Source: Candidatus Hadarchaeota archaeon
Lineage (GTDB): Archaea > CAYQAE01 > CAYVLA01
Reading direction: 5' to 3'
NCBI GenBank assembly: GCA_964621445.1
Contig: CAZUNO010000003.1
Location: 1 to 64,000, forward strand
DNA length: 64,000 bases
Position numbers and translations under genes: made by a program. The notes beneath the pieces were generated by a model, which had not been told where the DNA came from, ran no database searches, and saw nothing but the letters and a program-made list of their open reading frames with translations. Positions 1 through 8,498 of the stretch are shown here, piece by piece (position 1 is the first letter of the stretch; the number at the start of each line of letters is the position of its first letter).

Positions 1-1
1 C

Positions 2-691
2 GTCGATTGGTCAAACTCTCTGCAAAAAATACTTGATCTTGAGAAAAGTCCTGTCTCGATTAAACTCGTTTCGGACCCGAGCGAGGTCCCCGAGGAAGTG
101 AAAACGTTGGATTTTCCGGTGAGGCACTGTGTGTCGATAAGCATGGGGTCCCTAGGTGCGACATTTTATCTTCCCGAAGAGCAGCATGCTTGTGCGGCTG
201 CAAAAGCCGCTCTGGGAATATCGGAACTTCCGGAAAAAGTTAAGAGCGGAAAAGTGCCGTATATGCACGGTCTCGCCTCTTCTCAGAAAGCGGCCGCCCG
301 GATAATGGAACAAATTCCGAAGCTCTCAAACAATGAAACTATCGGGACTCTGGTTTCCCCTCTCAAGAACGCTCGATATGACCCGGATGTAGTTATTTTG
401 GTGGTTCGTCCGGAACAGGCTATGTGGGTTGCGAACTCGACAATTTTTGAAGACGGTGGCCCTCGAATAACTGCCAATTTTGCAGGTATGCAAGCCTCTT
501 GTGGAGATGTTACAGTCTTACCGTACAGGGAGAAAGAATTGAACTTTAGCTTGGGATGTTACGGTTGCAGATCCGCCGGCAAACTTGGTGAAGAAGAAAT
601 GTATGTGGGGATACCACGGGAGAAAATGCCGAGCATAGTTTCCGGTTTACAGGGACTTCAAAAAGCCATGAATAAGCTTAGAGAGGGATAA
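2..691 (+). CDS. DUF169 (COG2043) family protein, 5' end outside the window
   Basis: The frame is open from base 2 (VDWSNSLQKILDLEKSPVSIKL), so the listed GTG at 98 is internal. Cys-rich family motifs RHC, HACAAA, PDVV, QASCGD and SLGCYGCR. Confidence 0.8.
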   Translation, partial: VDWSNSLQKILDLEKSPVSIKLVSDPSEVPEEVKTLDFPVRHCVSISMGSLGATFYLPEEQHACAAAKAALGISELPEKVKSGKVPYMHGLASSQKAAARIMEQIPKLSNNETIGTLVSPLKNARYDPDVVILVVRPEQAMWVANSTIFEDGGPRITANFAGMQASCGDVTVLPYREKELNFSLGCYGCRSAGKLGEEEMYVGIPREKMPSIVSGLQGLQKAMNKLREG

Positions 692-695
692 CAAC

Positions 696-1293
696 TTGAC
701 GGAAGAAGATAAGGAAGTCGAAAAAGTTGAGGTGCCGGAAGAATACCCGCCGGAAGACGTGAACTATCTCAGAGGAAACGATTGCTCTCCAGTAGCAGTT
801 ATCGTAATTCTAAACCAGCCCTACGATAATATTCCAGAAAGAGTTGACGAAATCGTGAGAACATCCGTAGAAGCAGGAGCCGCCCTTGCAGGAACCCTTC
901 AAACTGAAAACATCGGAACAGAAAAAAAGAATTGCAAATTTAATCCCAAAACCCAACATAAGACACGCTATCCTTTGCGGAATCTAATCCAGAGGACACC
1001 TCACAAGAGAAGCTTTCACAGCACTCATAGAGAACGGGACAAACGAACACAAGAAAATCATAGGAACCGATTCTCCTGACCCATTTCTATACAACTCCTC
1101 TAAAGAAGCCATTGAAAGACTCAGAAACCAAATCAATCTAGCAAACCTGATGGGAGAAACCGATGTTCAAACGATCAAAGAAGCCGTTAACGCCTGCATC
1201 CAAGAAAAACCCACCTAATTTCGAGAATACGAAATCTACGATCCCGGAGCCATGTGTCTGGATGGGTATCCGCACGGGCGCGGGTGGGTATGA
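696..1293 (+). pseudogene. MtrA-like (H4MPT S-methyltransferase subunit A-like) corrinoid protein, frameshifted with two premature stops
   Basis: 5' frame reads YLRGNDCSPVAV...GAALAGTLQTENIG. After a +1 shift at the A-run 922-928 the next frame continues IANLIPKPNIRHAILCGI*SRGHLTREAFTALIENG...IIG...PFLYN...IERLRNQI...CIQEKPT*FREYEIYDPGA, with TAA at 985-987 and 1216-1218. Confidence 0.8.
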
Positions 1294-1312
1294 ATTCCTG
1301 AGAGAAAATAAA

Positions 1313-1337
1313 TTTAAATATGTGCATTTATACATAT
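1313..1337 (+). promoter_or_regulatory. TATA box and probable ArsR operator palindrome
   Basis: TTTAAATA at 1313-1320 after a purine-rich BRE-like tract. Inverted repeat ATATGT(1318-1323)...ACATAT(1332-1337) overlaps the arsR start. Confidence 0.55.
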
Positions 1338-1623
1338 GAGTAACATGGTTGAGGAAAAAGCAAAGTTTTTCAAAGCTCTGGGGAACGAAACCAGACTCAG
1401 AATCTTAAAGTACCTGTTAGAAAACGAGCACTGCGCCTGCGATTTCGAGTCGATGGTGGACAGGGACCAGACCACTATCTCACGCCACCTGAAGGTGCTC
1501 ACCGAGGCCGGGATACTTGAGAAAGAAAGAGACGGAAAAAACGTCATCTACAAAATCGGAGACGGAGACCTGAAAGATACTTTGCGCGAGCTTGGAGTAG
1601 ACGAGGTAGAACCATGTTGCTAA
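1336..1623 (+). CDS. arsR: ArsR/SmtB family metalloregulator
   Basis: FKALGNETRLRIL, CACD metal-binding motif, QTTISRHLKVL winged helix, C-terminal CC; directly upstream of arsM. Confidence 0.92.
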   Translation: MSNMVEEKAKFFKALGNETRLRILKYLLENEHCACDFESMVDRDQTTISRHLKVLTEAGILEKERDGKNVIYKIGDGDLKDTLRELGVDEVEPCC

Positions 1624-1624
1624 G

Positions 1625-2383
1625 GTGGAAAGAATGGATGATGAAGAGCTGAAAGAGTTTGTGAAGGATAGGTACTCCGAAATCGCGAGGACCTCCAACA
1701 GCTGCTGCTGCTCGTCCTCCTGCTGCGGGACCAGCCCCGAGACTCAAACCAGACAGATAGGCTACACTGAGAATGACCTGAAAAAAATCCCCCAAGAAGC
1801 AGTCAAAGGGCTGGGCTGCGGAAACCCCGTAAACTATCTGGAGCTGGAGAAAGGTGAAAAGGTGTTGGACCTCGGATCAGGCCTGGGCATAGACGTGTTC
1901 CTGGCTTCGGAGAAAGTTGGACTTGAAGGCAGAGCAGTGGGATTGGACGCGTCCGAAGAAATGGTTCAAGAGGCCACAGAAATAGCGAAGAGGAACAATT
2001 ACGAGAACATCGAGTTCGAACATGGAGAGATCGAAAATATACCGTTTGAGGACGAGACCTTTGACGCGGTAACCAGCAACTGCGTTATCAACCTCTCCAC
2101 GGACAAGCTCAGAACCTACGAAGAGATCTACAGGGTGCTGAAGTCAGACGGGAGAATACTGATCTCCGATATCGTGGCTGACGGAAAACTCCCGGAAGAG
2201 ATCAAGAACAACCCGGAAGCCTGGGCGGCCTGCATAGGCGGAGCAGTGAAAAAGGAAGATTACCTGAACACAATAGAAGAAGCAGGATTCGAGAAGATCA
2301 ACGTTGTATCCCAATCAGTTTTCGATTCGCATTACGAGTCTGATACCGAAATACTGAGTCTGCAGGTAAGGGCATCAAAGTAA
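1625..2383 (+). CDS. arsM: Arsenite S-adenosylmethionine methyltransferase
   Basis: N-terminal Cys cluster (SCCCSSSCC), LGCGNP, SAM motif VLDLGSGLG, SNCVINL, WAACIGGA. Confidence 0.92.
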   Translation: MERMDDEELKEFVKDRYSEIARTSNSCCCSSSCCGTSPETQTRQIGYTENDLKKIPQEAVKGLGCGNPVNYLELEKGEKVLDLGSGLGIDVFLASEKVGLEGRAVGLDASEEMVQEATEIAKRNNYENIEFEHGEIENIPFEDETFDAVTSNCVINLSTDKLRTYEEIYRVLKSDGRILISDIVADGKLPEEIKNNPEAWAACIGGAVKKEDYLNTIEEAGFEKINVVSQSVFDSHYESDTEILSLQVRASK

Positions 2384-2459
2384 GTAAAACAGGATCAGTA
2401 TACATTCAAAACCTCACACCACTGATGAGCTTTATGAATTTTTCCACTGGAGAGAACAT

Positions 2460-2478
2460 AAAAAATAAAAGAAAAAGA
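2460..2478 (-). terminator. Oligo-T archaeal terminator of the minus-strand peptidase remnant
   Basis: The minus strand reads TCTTTTTCTTTTATTTTTT about 25 nt after the stop at 2501. Confidence 0.45.
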
Positions 2479-2500
2479 GCTGGTGAGGTGAAGCCGTCAA

Positions 2501-2650
2501 CTAGTACAGCTCGTTGAAGCCGTCGGAGTCGCCCCAGGCCAGGTCTCTCTTGTAAACCTCGTCATCCTTCGTGATTACACCGTACATGGTCACCTCCTGG
2601 TACTTGCTGTCGTAGAGGTCCTTGAGCACGAGGGTGTGTCCGGCCTCGTA
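2501..2650 (-). pseudogene. C-terminal remnant of a metzincin/matrixin-like zinc metallopeptidase
   Basis: (Y)EAGHTLVLKDLY...EVTMYG...KRDLAWGDSDGFNELY resembles HExGHxxxLxD, a Met-turn and the final helix. The first His position reads Tyr at the apparent break. Confidence 0.6.
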
Positions 2651-3097
2651 CCTGAGGACACCAATATGGAGATTGAATCGATATCCTATGTGAACAGGAA
2701 GAACCATGTCACTTTCCATCAGAATCTCCTCAACAGAACCGTAAGATTCAACTCCGTGAACATTGCTGTGACCGGGAATGATTCGATTTCCAATTTCTTC
2801 ATTGATTGGACGGAGTTTGATCCTAAGGCATTCGACGTGGAGCTGTCTGAAGAAGAAGCGGTGAATGTCTGCAGGGAATATTTCAGGGAATGGTTTGAAG
2901 ATGAGGACGGCGACATAACGAGGGTTGAACTGATGTACCTAAAATCAAATGAATTCTTCGGAGGAGCCGATGACCAGAGTATCCACCTTGCCTACGCCGT
3001 TAGATATGTGCGTAATCCCAAGGAGCCGGAGTATTTCGCGGAGCTATGGATCGACGCCTCAACCGGCGAAATCGTGGGAGGGGACTTCGTCCCATAG
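2648..3097 (+). pseudogene. C-terminal remnant of a PepSY/FTP-like domain protein
   Basis: VTFHQ...V.FNSVNIAV, LSEEEAVNVCREY and LAYAVRY...LWIDASTGEIVG (PepSY-like ending). No plausible N-terminus or signal peptide; it abuts the opposite-strand peptidase stump. Confidence 0.5.
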
Positions 3098-3155
3098 GAT
3101 CTCCCATGATACGAACCCTCACCCATAGAGCGGAATAACCACCGGTGATTAGACC

Positions 3156-3245
3156 AGCCCCGGGTGGGATTCGAACCCACGACCTGCGGATCTCCTTTTT
3201 GGGTCAATACAAGTCCGCCGCTCAAGCCAGCTAAGCTACCGGGGC
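3156..3245 (-). tRNA. tRNA-Thr(UGU) with a 16-nt intron at 37/38 (intron 3192-3207)
   Basis: Minus strand: GCCCCGG acceptor stem, GCTT/GAGC D stem, GCGGA-CT-TGT-A[TTGACCCAAAAAGGAG]A-TCCGC anticodon arm, GTGGG-TTCGAAT-CCCAC T arm, CCGGGGC and discriminator T. CCA is not encoded. Confidence 0.93.
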
Positions 3246-3270
3246 CTAGGTAAATTGACCTTTCTTCCCA

Positions 3271-3280
3271 TTTTAAATAT
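3271..3280 (-). promoter_or_regulatory. TATA box of tRNA-Thr
   Basis: ATATTTAAAA on the minus strand about 26-35 nt upstream of the tRNA 5' end. Confidence 0.55.
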
Positions 3281-3343
3281 CTCCCACCCCCGGTATTCAA
3301 CCTTAATGGACAAAGTTATATTTGGAGATCCACCCAGGTCAAA

Positions 3344-4246
3344 ATGGAGATATTCATGGCCAAGTTTTCGGGAGTTTTCCCTCCTATGATAACCCTGTTC
3401 ACCTCCGACTTCGAGGTGGATGAGGAAGCGACGCGTGAACACATCGACTGGTTGATCGAGAAGGGTGCTCACGGCATGATCCCCTGCGGTAGCACCGGGG
3501 AATTCCCAACTCTATCCAATGAAGAACAGAGAAATGTGGTAGAGTTCACCATCGATCAGGTCAACTCTCGAGTCCCGGTGGTTGCCGGAACGTCCTCCAC
3601 GTCAACGGAGGAGGCCGTTGAACTGAGCAAGTTTGCAGAGGATGCCGGGGCGGATGGAGTTCTCGTAGTTCCCCCCTTCTATTACAAGCTTACCGAGGAT
3701 GAGATATACCAGCATTACAAGACCATCTCCGAGGCCATCGATATACCGATAATGCTTTACAACAACCCATGGGTTTGTGGAACCTACGTGAAGCCTCCCT
3801 TGGTAGCAAAGATGGGCAAGGACGGCATACTCGACTACGTCAAGGAAACCCATGGAGATCTGGCCTATGTCCACGAATCGGTTCAGAAGGCTGGCAAATA
3901 CCTGACCTTGTTCTTCGGACGTGACGAAAACTCCTTTGAAGCCCTAGTAGTCGGGGCCCAGGGATGGGTATCCGGTGCCGCCAACCTGGTAATCGAAAAG
4001 GAAGTCGAGATGTTCCGTCTATTTAAAGAGGGAAAGATCAATGAGGCCAAGGAGGCTTACTTCAACATTCTGCCCTTCTTCTACCTAACGGAGAGAAAAG
4101 GCCGCTGGATTGCTAGGGTCAAGGCCGGACTCGAGATGTTGGGTCGCGATGTAGGAGACCCCAAACCACCTCTGCTCCCATTGAACTCGGAGGAGAAAGA
4201 GGAACTTAGAGGAATCATGGTAGAGATAGGAATGCTGGACGACTAG
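3344..4246 (+). CDS. Dihydrodipicolinate synthase / class I aldolase family protein
   Basis: CGSTGEF motif, PPFYY, IMLYNNP, Schiff-base Lys in VKET. The start may be ATG 3356. Confidence 0.88.
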   Translation: MEIFMAKFSGVFPPMITLFTSDFEVDEEATREHIDWLIEKGAHGMIPCGSTGEFPTLSNEEQRNVVEFTIDQVNSRVPVVAGTSSTSTEEAVELSKFAEDAGADGVLVVPPFYYKLTEDEIYQHYKTISEAIDIPIMLYNNPWVCGTYVKPPLVAKMGKDGILDYVKETHGDLAYVHESVQKAGKYLTLFFGRDENSFEALVVGAQGWVSGAANLVIEKEVEMFRLFKEGKINEAKEAYFNILPFFYLTERKGRWIARVKAGLEMLGRDVGDPKPPLLPLNSEEKEELRGIMVEIGMLDD

Positions 4247-4384
4247 TAACCCGCACCTATTTTGTCCGTGAAGCTCCATCCCAAGGACCTGATTCCAGCT
4301 GAAATCTCTTTGACTAGGTTTCCCATGCCTAGCTTTCCAGTCTGGAAATAGGGTAACCTGATCGGCCAAACTAATTTAGCCCAA

Positions 4385-5629
4385 TTATTCATTGGGTTCA
4401 GAATTCTGGCCATTGAGCCCTGGATCTCGGGATTGGAAACGTGTGGCTTTCACGCTTCTATGAAGCTTTCTACGTACCATAAGAGTCCACAGAACCGATC
4501 CACAAATCAAGTAGGTTAACGTCACCGTTATCCATTCGAAGATATGGATCCACGTCATAGCCTGGTTCCGCAGTTTCTCCAGCTCTCCTTCGATTTCTGG
4601 GAAAACATCCATGGCTTCTCTCAAAGTTTCCGTTGCTCTGTTCAAATTGCTCGAAAGGTAATCATGTTCGGCTTTCACTACCCCGGAATCTAGGTGAGCA
4701 AGACGATCTTCCACACTTTCAAGTTTTGCACCAAACTTGTCGACGAACTCCATAGTGGATATGGTTATTCCTTTTCGAACTCGGAAATCTACAAATAGCT
4801 CCCTTGCCAGGTGGGCCAACTCCAGGTCAGCTGGAGGCAGGACGGCGGCCAGAAAATAGAGCTGATTATAAAGCAAATCTGGCATATATCGATATTTGTT
4901 GAAAACCTCCATTGGGGGGTTATGCCATCCCTGACCGAGATGTAGTGTCTTACCTGAACCATATGATCCGGTCACCATAACAGGGGTATTCCTTCCTCTC
5001 CAGACTGCTTGCACAATGCTTCCTGGCCTGGGTTCCAAGTCGCCTCCATGATTTCCAAGCGTCTGCATAGGCTGCTTCTCGATGTCCGGCAAATTAAGTA
5101 TAGGATCCTTCCTGACAACCGACCAGTATGTTCGGCCCATACGGGACGGGATATCATTCATAACAACATCTGCCGGAAAGAGATCGTAAAATTCCAAAGT
5201 CTTCCATATCTCAATGTTATTCGTCCCCGCTCCACCGCCCCAGAACATATACGATATTAACCCAAGGCCAATGCCGTCATTCTCGATACCTTTTTGAATG
5301 AACCCAAGAACACGATTTCCAATTATGCCAGGAGGTATATTGTGCAGGACCACAACATCGCTGCTGGCATTTAGGTTATTGTAGGTCCTTGGTAGGTAGA
5401 GGCGGGTCATTTTCCTGGCCTGAGGCAAGGGTATGAAATAGGTATCACAAGGCACGATGGAGGTGGAGAGCTTTGGTTCGGCCATCATCCATTGTAAGAC
5501 TCTTTGGTTGGGAAGGTATGAAGCATCTCCCAGATAGAGAACACGAATTCTAAGGTCAGCCTTATCCACCCTGGCAAAGACCAGAGAGGGTGCCAAAAAC
5601 AGGATTAAAAATAGAAACCTGCGATCCAC
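4385..5629 (-). CDS. Secreted, C-terminally membrane-anchored hypothetical protein (possible class I glutamine-amidotransferase-like domain and helical stalk)
   Basis: Signal peptide (RRFLFLILFLAPSLVFA), IRVLYLGD, PVMVTGSYGSGKT, coiled-coil-like segment, TM helix ending in VRRK. Confidence 0.6.
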   Translation of the reverse strand: MDRRFLFLILFLAPSLVFARVDKADLRIRVLYLGDASYLPNQRVLQWMMAEPKLSTSIVPCDTYFIPLPQARKMTRLYLPRTYNNLNASSDVVVLHNIPPGIIGNRVLGFIQKGIENDGIGLGLISYMFWGGGAGTNNIEIWKTLEFYDLFPADVVMNDIPSRMGRTYWSVVRKDPILNLPDIEKQPMQTLGNHGGDLEPRPGSIVQAVWRGRNTPVMVTGSYGSGKTLHLGQGWHNPPMEVFNKYRYMPDLLYNQLYFLAAVLPPADLELAHLARELFVDFRVRKGITISTMEFVDKFGAKLESVEDRLAHLDSGVVKAEHDYLSSNLNRATETLREAMDVFPEIEGELEKLRNQAMTWIHIFEWITVTLTYLICGSVLWTLMVRRKLHRSVKATRFQSRDPGLNGQNSEPNE

Positions 5630-5725
5630 GATAGAAACTCCGCAGGTGAAGCATAAAAGAATTGGGGGACCACCACAGAAAAGGATCCATCACATTCAAG
5701 AATGAATCAGGCCCAGTGACTGAAA

Positions 5726-6439
5726 ATGGTCTGCTTATGGGGATGGAGCTTTCTTCGTCCAGGAAATTCCGCCGATAGTGCCGAGAAATTTAATGAGAAA
5801 AGGCAGAAGATGGTGAATTCCTATATAGAAAGAGGCATCATCAGGACGGATACCCTGAAGAGAGCATTCCTCAAGGTTAAGCGGGAGGAATTCATACCCC
5901 AGGAATACAGGAGCCGTTCCTACCGGGAGGTTGCCATTCCACTACCAGCCTTGGAGGCAACAATATCCCGCCCTCGCAGTTACGCCACTTTTTACCAGGC
6001 GCTCGATTTGGGCCCAGGGGATAAATTTCTGGAGATAGGAACGGGCTCTGGATACGGCGCTGCGCTTGCACGCGAGGCTACCGAACCTGGTGGTCTAGTG
6101 GTCAGCATAGAGGTGGATCGATCGGCTCATGATTTTGCCCAGAGCAATCTCAAGAGGCTGGACTACCGGGACGTGATTCTTATCCCCGGTGACGGAAGAC
6201 TGGGATATGAACCTGAAGCTCCTTACGACAAGATCGCTCTTACCGCAGCGGTTCCCTCCATCCCGGAAACCCTACTGGACCAGCTCGAAGAATCCGGACG
6301 ACTGGTAGCCCCCGTGGGAAGGAGGGAAGAACAAACGGTAAAACTGGTGAGAGGTGACGGGGAAGAGAAGATCATCACCAAGTCGGCATCCTTCGTCCCA
6401 ATGGTGGGGATGTATGGACGTAATGAGCATCCTTTATAG
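5726..6439 (+). CDS. pcm: Protein-L-isoaspartate O-methyltransferase
   Basis: AFLKVKREEF, LEIGTGSGYGAA, GDGRLGYEPEAPYDKI, LLDQL..GRLVAPVG, FVPM. Confidence 0.9.
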   Translation: MVCLWGWSFLRPGNSADSAEKFNEKRQKMVNSYIERGIIRTDTLKRAFLKVKREEFIPQEYRSRSYREVAIPLPALEATISRPRSYATFYQALDLGPGDKFLEIGTGSGYGAALAREATEPGGLVVSIEVDRSAHDFAQSNLKRLDYRDVILIPGDGRLGYEPEAPYDKIALTAAVPSIPETLLDQLEESGRLVAPVGRREEQTVKLVRGDGEEKIITKSASFVPMVGMYGRNEHPL

Positions 6440-6447
6440 CTTCGAGC

Positions 6448-7731
6448 TTAACCATTGGTTACAGAATCTCTTGGTTCCCTGAGCCTGTTGGCCTGAAAAA
6501 AGGAGAGAACCATGATGGCCGCAGTCAACAGAAAGAGAGCATCGTACCCGGAGATGTCGATGATCAAGCCGCCGACCACGGGAAGCATCATGACGAAGGC
6601 CAGAAGCGTGTTTAACGCCCCCAAGTAGGTCGACCTCCTGGTAACCGGGGCGATCTCCAACGTGTAATTATTTTTCGCCATATAGATACCGGTGAGGCTG
6701 GCACCCTTGAGAATGAACACCAGGACGAACATCACATGATTCACGGCCATTATCGCCATTATAGGTGTCAGAGCACAAAGGAGTGAGCACAACCTGATCA
6801 TATTCCGATACCCGTACCTGTCCCCCAGGTGGCCCCAAACCAGGTTGGCGACGAGGGTGGAAAGGGTTTCGACCGTGACGTAAACACCAATCCAGCTGGC
6901 CGGGGCAGCCAGAATTCCCCTCGCATAAACCACGTAAAATGATATCGAAAGAGAGGATGAATAGCAGAGTACCATAGTTAAAAGAAAGTTCCTGTAGTTC
7001 GGATCAGCGGATACCAGTTCCCGCACGTTGGACAGATACTCTGAGGTGGTCTTTTCCCTTCGCTTCTTCACCGCACCCCTCGGCTCTCTAACCAGGGAGA
7101 ATATGATGATGGCTATCAGAATAAAGATGAAGGTTAAGGAGAAGAGCACCATATAGTTGCTGGGAAAGGGAAAAATCTCCGAGTTCCCGAGAACAAAGGC
7201 CACCACCACTCCTGCCAGGGAGGCTATTAACCCCCCGAAAAAACTCCGGAAACCGAAGTACCTTCCCCTGTTATCAGGCCGGATCGTTTTTCCCACGATT
7301 TCCAGAAAAGCAATTCCACTGCCTCCCCCCATCAGGGAATATAGGCCGAGGCATGCAAAGAATATAGAAAGGTACAATATCGGGCCAAGGTCCTTGACCC
7401 AGAAAAGAGAGACAATCAAGCCAAGCCATGACAGAAGACGGAAAACGGCGGCCGCTTTGTATAATATCATCTTTCTACCTAGATGCTCGGCGTATCTGGC
7501 CACTGCTATCTGGGGAAGGAGCCACCCCACACTCATCATGGTTCCCGTTAATCCAATTAACATGCTGGACCCGGTAAAGAGGGAAACGAATACCGGTAGT
7601 ACAGTTGAGGGGTGGGAAAAGGCCAACCCACCCTTGAATAGGGCACCGTTCAAGATTCCCAGAATGAAGTTACCTCTGTAATGCCGCCTGGCCTCGGGTA
7701 AATCCTCGTAGGTGGCTGTGTCCTCGCCCAT
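6448..7731 (-). CDS. MFS transporter
   Basis: About 12 hydrophobic segments; MFS loop motifs RGRYFG and WGHLGDRYGYR. Confidence 0.88.
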   Translation of the reverse strand: MGEDTATYEDLPEARRHYRGNFILGILNGALFKGGLAFSHPSTVLPVFVSLFTGSSMLIGLTGTMMSVGWLLPQIAVARYAEHLGRKMILYKAAAVFRLLSWLGLIVSLFWVKDLGPILYLSIFFACLGLYSLMGGGSGIAFLEIVGKTIRPDNRGRYFGFRSFFGGLIASLAGVVVAFVLGNSEIFPFPSNYMVLFSLTFIFILIAIIIFSLVREPRGAVKKRREKTTSEYLSNVRELVSADPNYRNFLLTMVLCYSSSLSISFYVVYARGILAAPASWIGVYVTVETLSTLVANLVWGHLGDRYGYRNMIRLCSLLCALTPIMAIMAVNHVMFVLVFILKGASLTGIYMAKNNYTLEIAPVTRRSTYLGALNTLLAFVMMLPVVGGLIIDISGYDALFLLTAAIMVLSFFQANRLREPRDSVTNG

Positions 7732-7940
7732 TCCCTCGATCGTCCCCTACCGCCTTAATAAATGCCAACCGATCGAACTCTGACAATTATCATCTATTTG
7801 ACAAAATTGAAAGGAATACACTTTTCACCATAATTCCCTGTTAATGAACAGTTCCTAGGTGCATCGCTAGATGGATTCGGGAAAATGTTCTAAGCCCTTC
7901 CGCATATTTGCGTGGACGAGGGTCCTTTGGAGGCCACAGC

Positions 7941-8498
7941 ATGAGAGAGGCGAAGGCTACCTCCATCATAGGAGAGACCTTACCAGTACTTATCCTAATG
8001 GCCCTAGCGGGCACCATAGCCGGGCTTTTTCTCAGCGCCGCACGTAGTAGTCTAGATGCATTTCCCGGGCTCCTTGTGCTGGTCCCCGCCATGCAGAATT
8101 TACGTGGAAGCATAAGCGGCAGTTTCGCATCCCGCCTGTCAACTGCTCTTCACAGGGGTACAGTACTTCCCACCTTCAGGGGCAACCCGGAATTACCTTC
8201 CTATGTGGTGGCCTCCCTGGTTATCAGCGCATTAATGTCCCTCATAGCCGGTCTTGGGGCCTTTCTGTTCTCCATGATGTTCGGTATACGAGCCCTAGGC
8301 ATCATGGGAATGGTAACCGTGTCAATGTCGGTCGGTGTTCTTGCGGGGACAATACACCTAATACTCAACCTAGGGGTTTCCATAACTAGTTACAGAAACG
8401 GCCTGGACCCTGACAACATATCCATCCCATCCCTCGCCATTTTTGGGGATATCGTCACCCTGTTCTGTTTTCTAATGATGATACGGGTGGTGACCTGA
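7941..8498 (+). CDS. MgtE-like divalent cation transporter membrane domain (subunit 1)
   Basis: LVPAMQNLRGSISGSFASRLST and GLDPDNISIP..GD. ATG 7941 follows GGAGG. Confidence 0.8.
   Translation: MREAKATSIIGETLPVLILMALAGTIAGLFLSAARSSLDAFPGLLVLVPAMQNLRGSISGSFASRLSTALHRGTVLPTFRGNPELPSYVVASLVISALMSLIAGLGAFLFSMMFGIRALGIMGMVTVSMSVGVLAGTIHLILNLGVSITSYRNGLDPDNISIPSLAIFGDIVTLFCFLMMIRVVT

Noticed and set aside
985-1218. In-frame stops in the MtrA-like gene as possible recoding
   Set aside because: Both are TAA (not Sec TGA or Pyl TAG) and a frameshift is also present.
1281-1294. CGGGTGGG matches the tRNA-Thr 3' region (possible att remnant)
   Set aside because: Only 8 nt are identical, which is expected by chance.
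2441-2452. CTCCAGTGGAAA on the minus strand resembles an ORB (origin recognition box) core
   Set aside because: Single copy, no G-string and no cdc6/orc1 gene in view; insufficient to call an origin.
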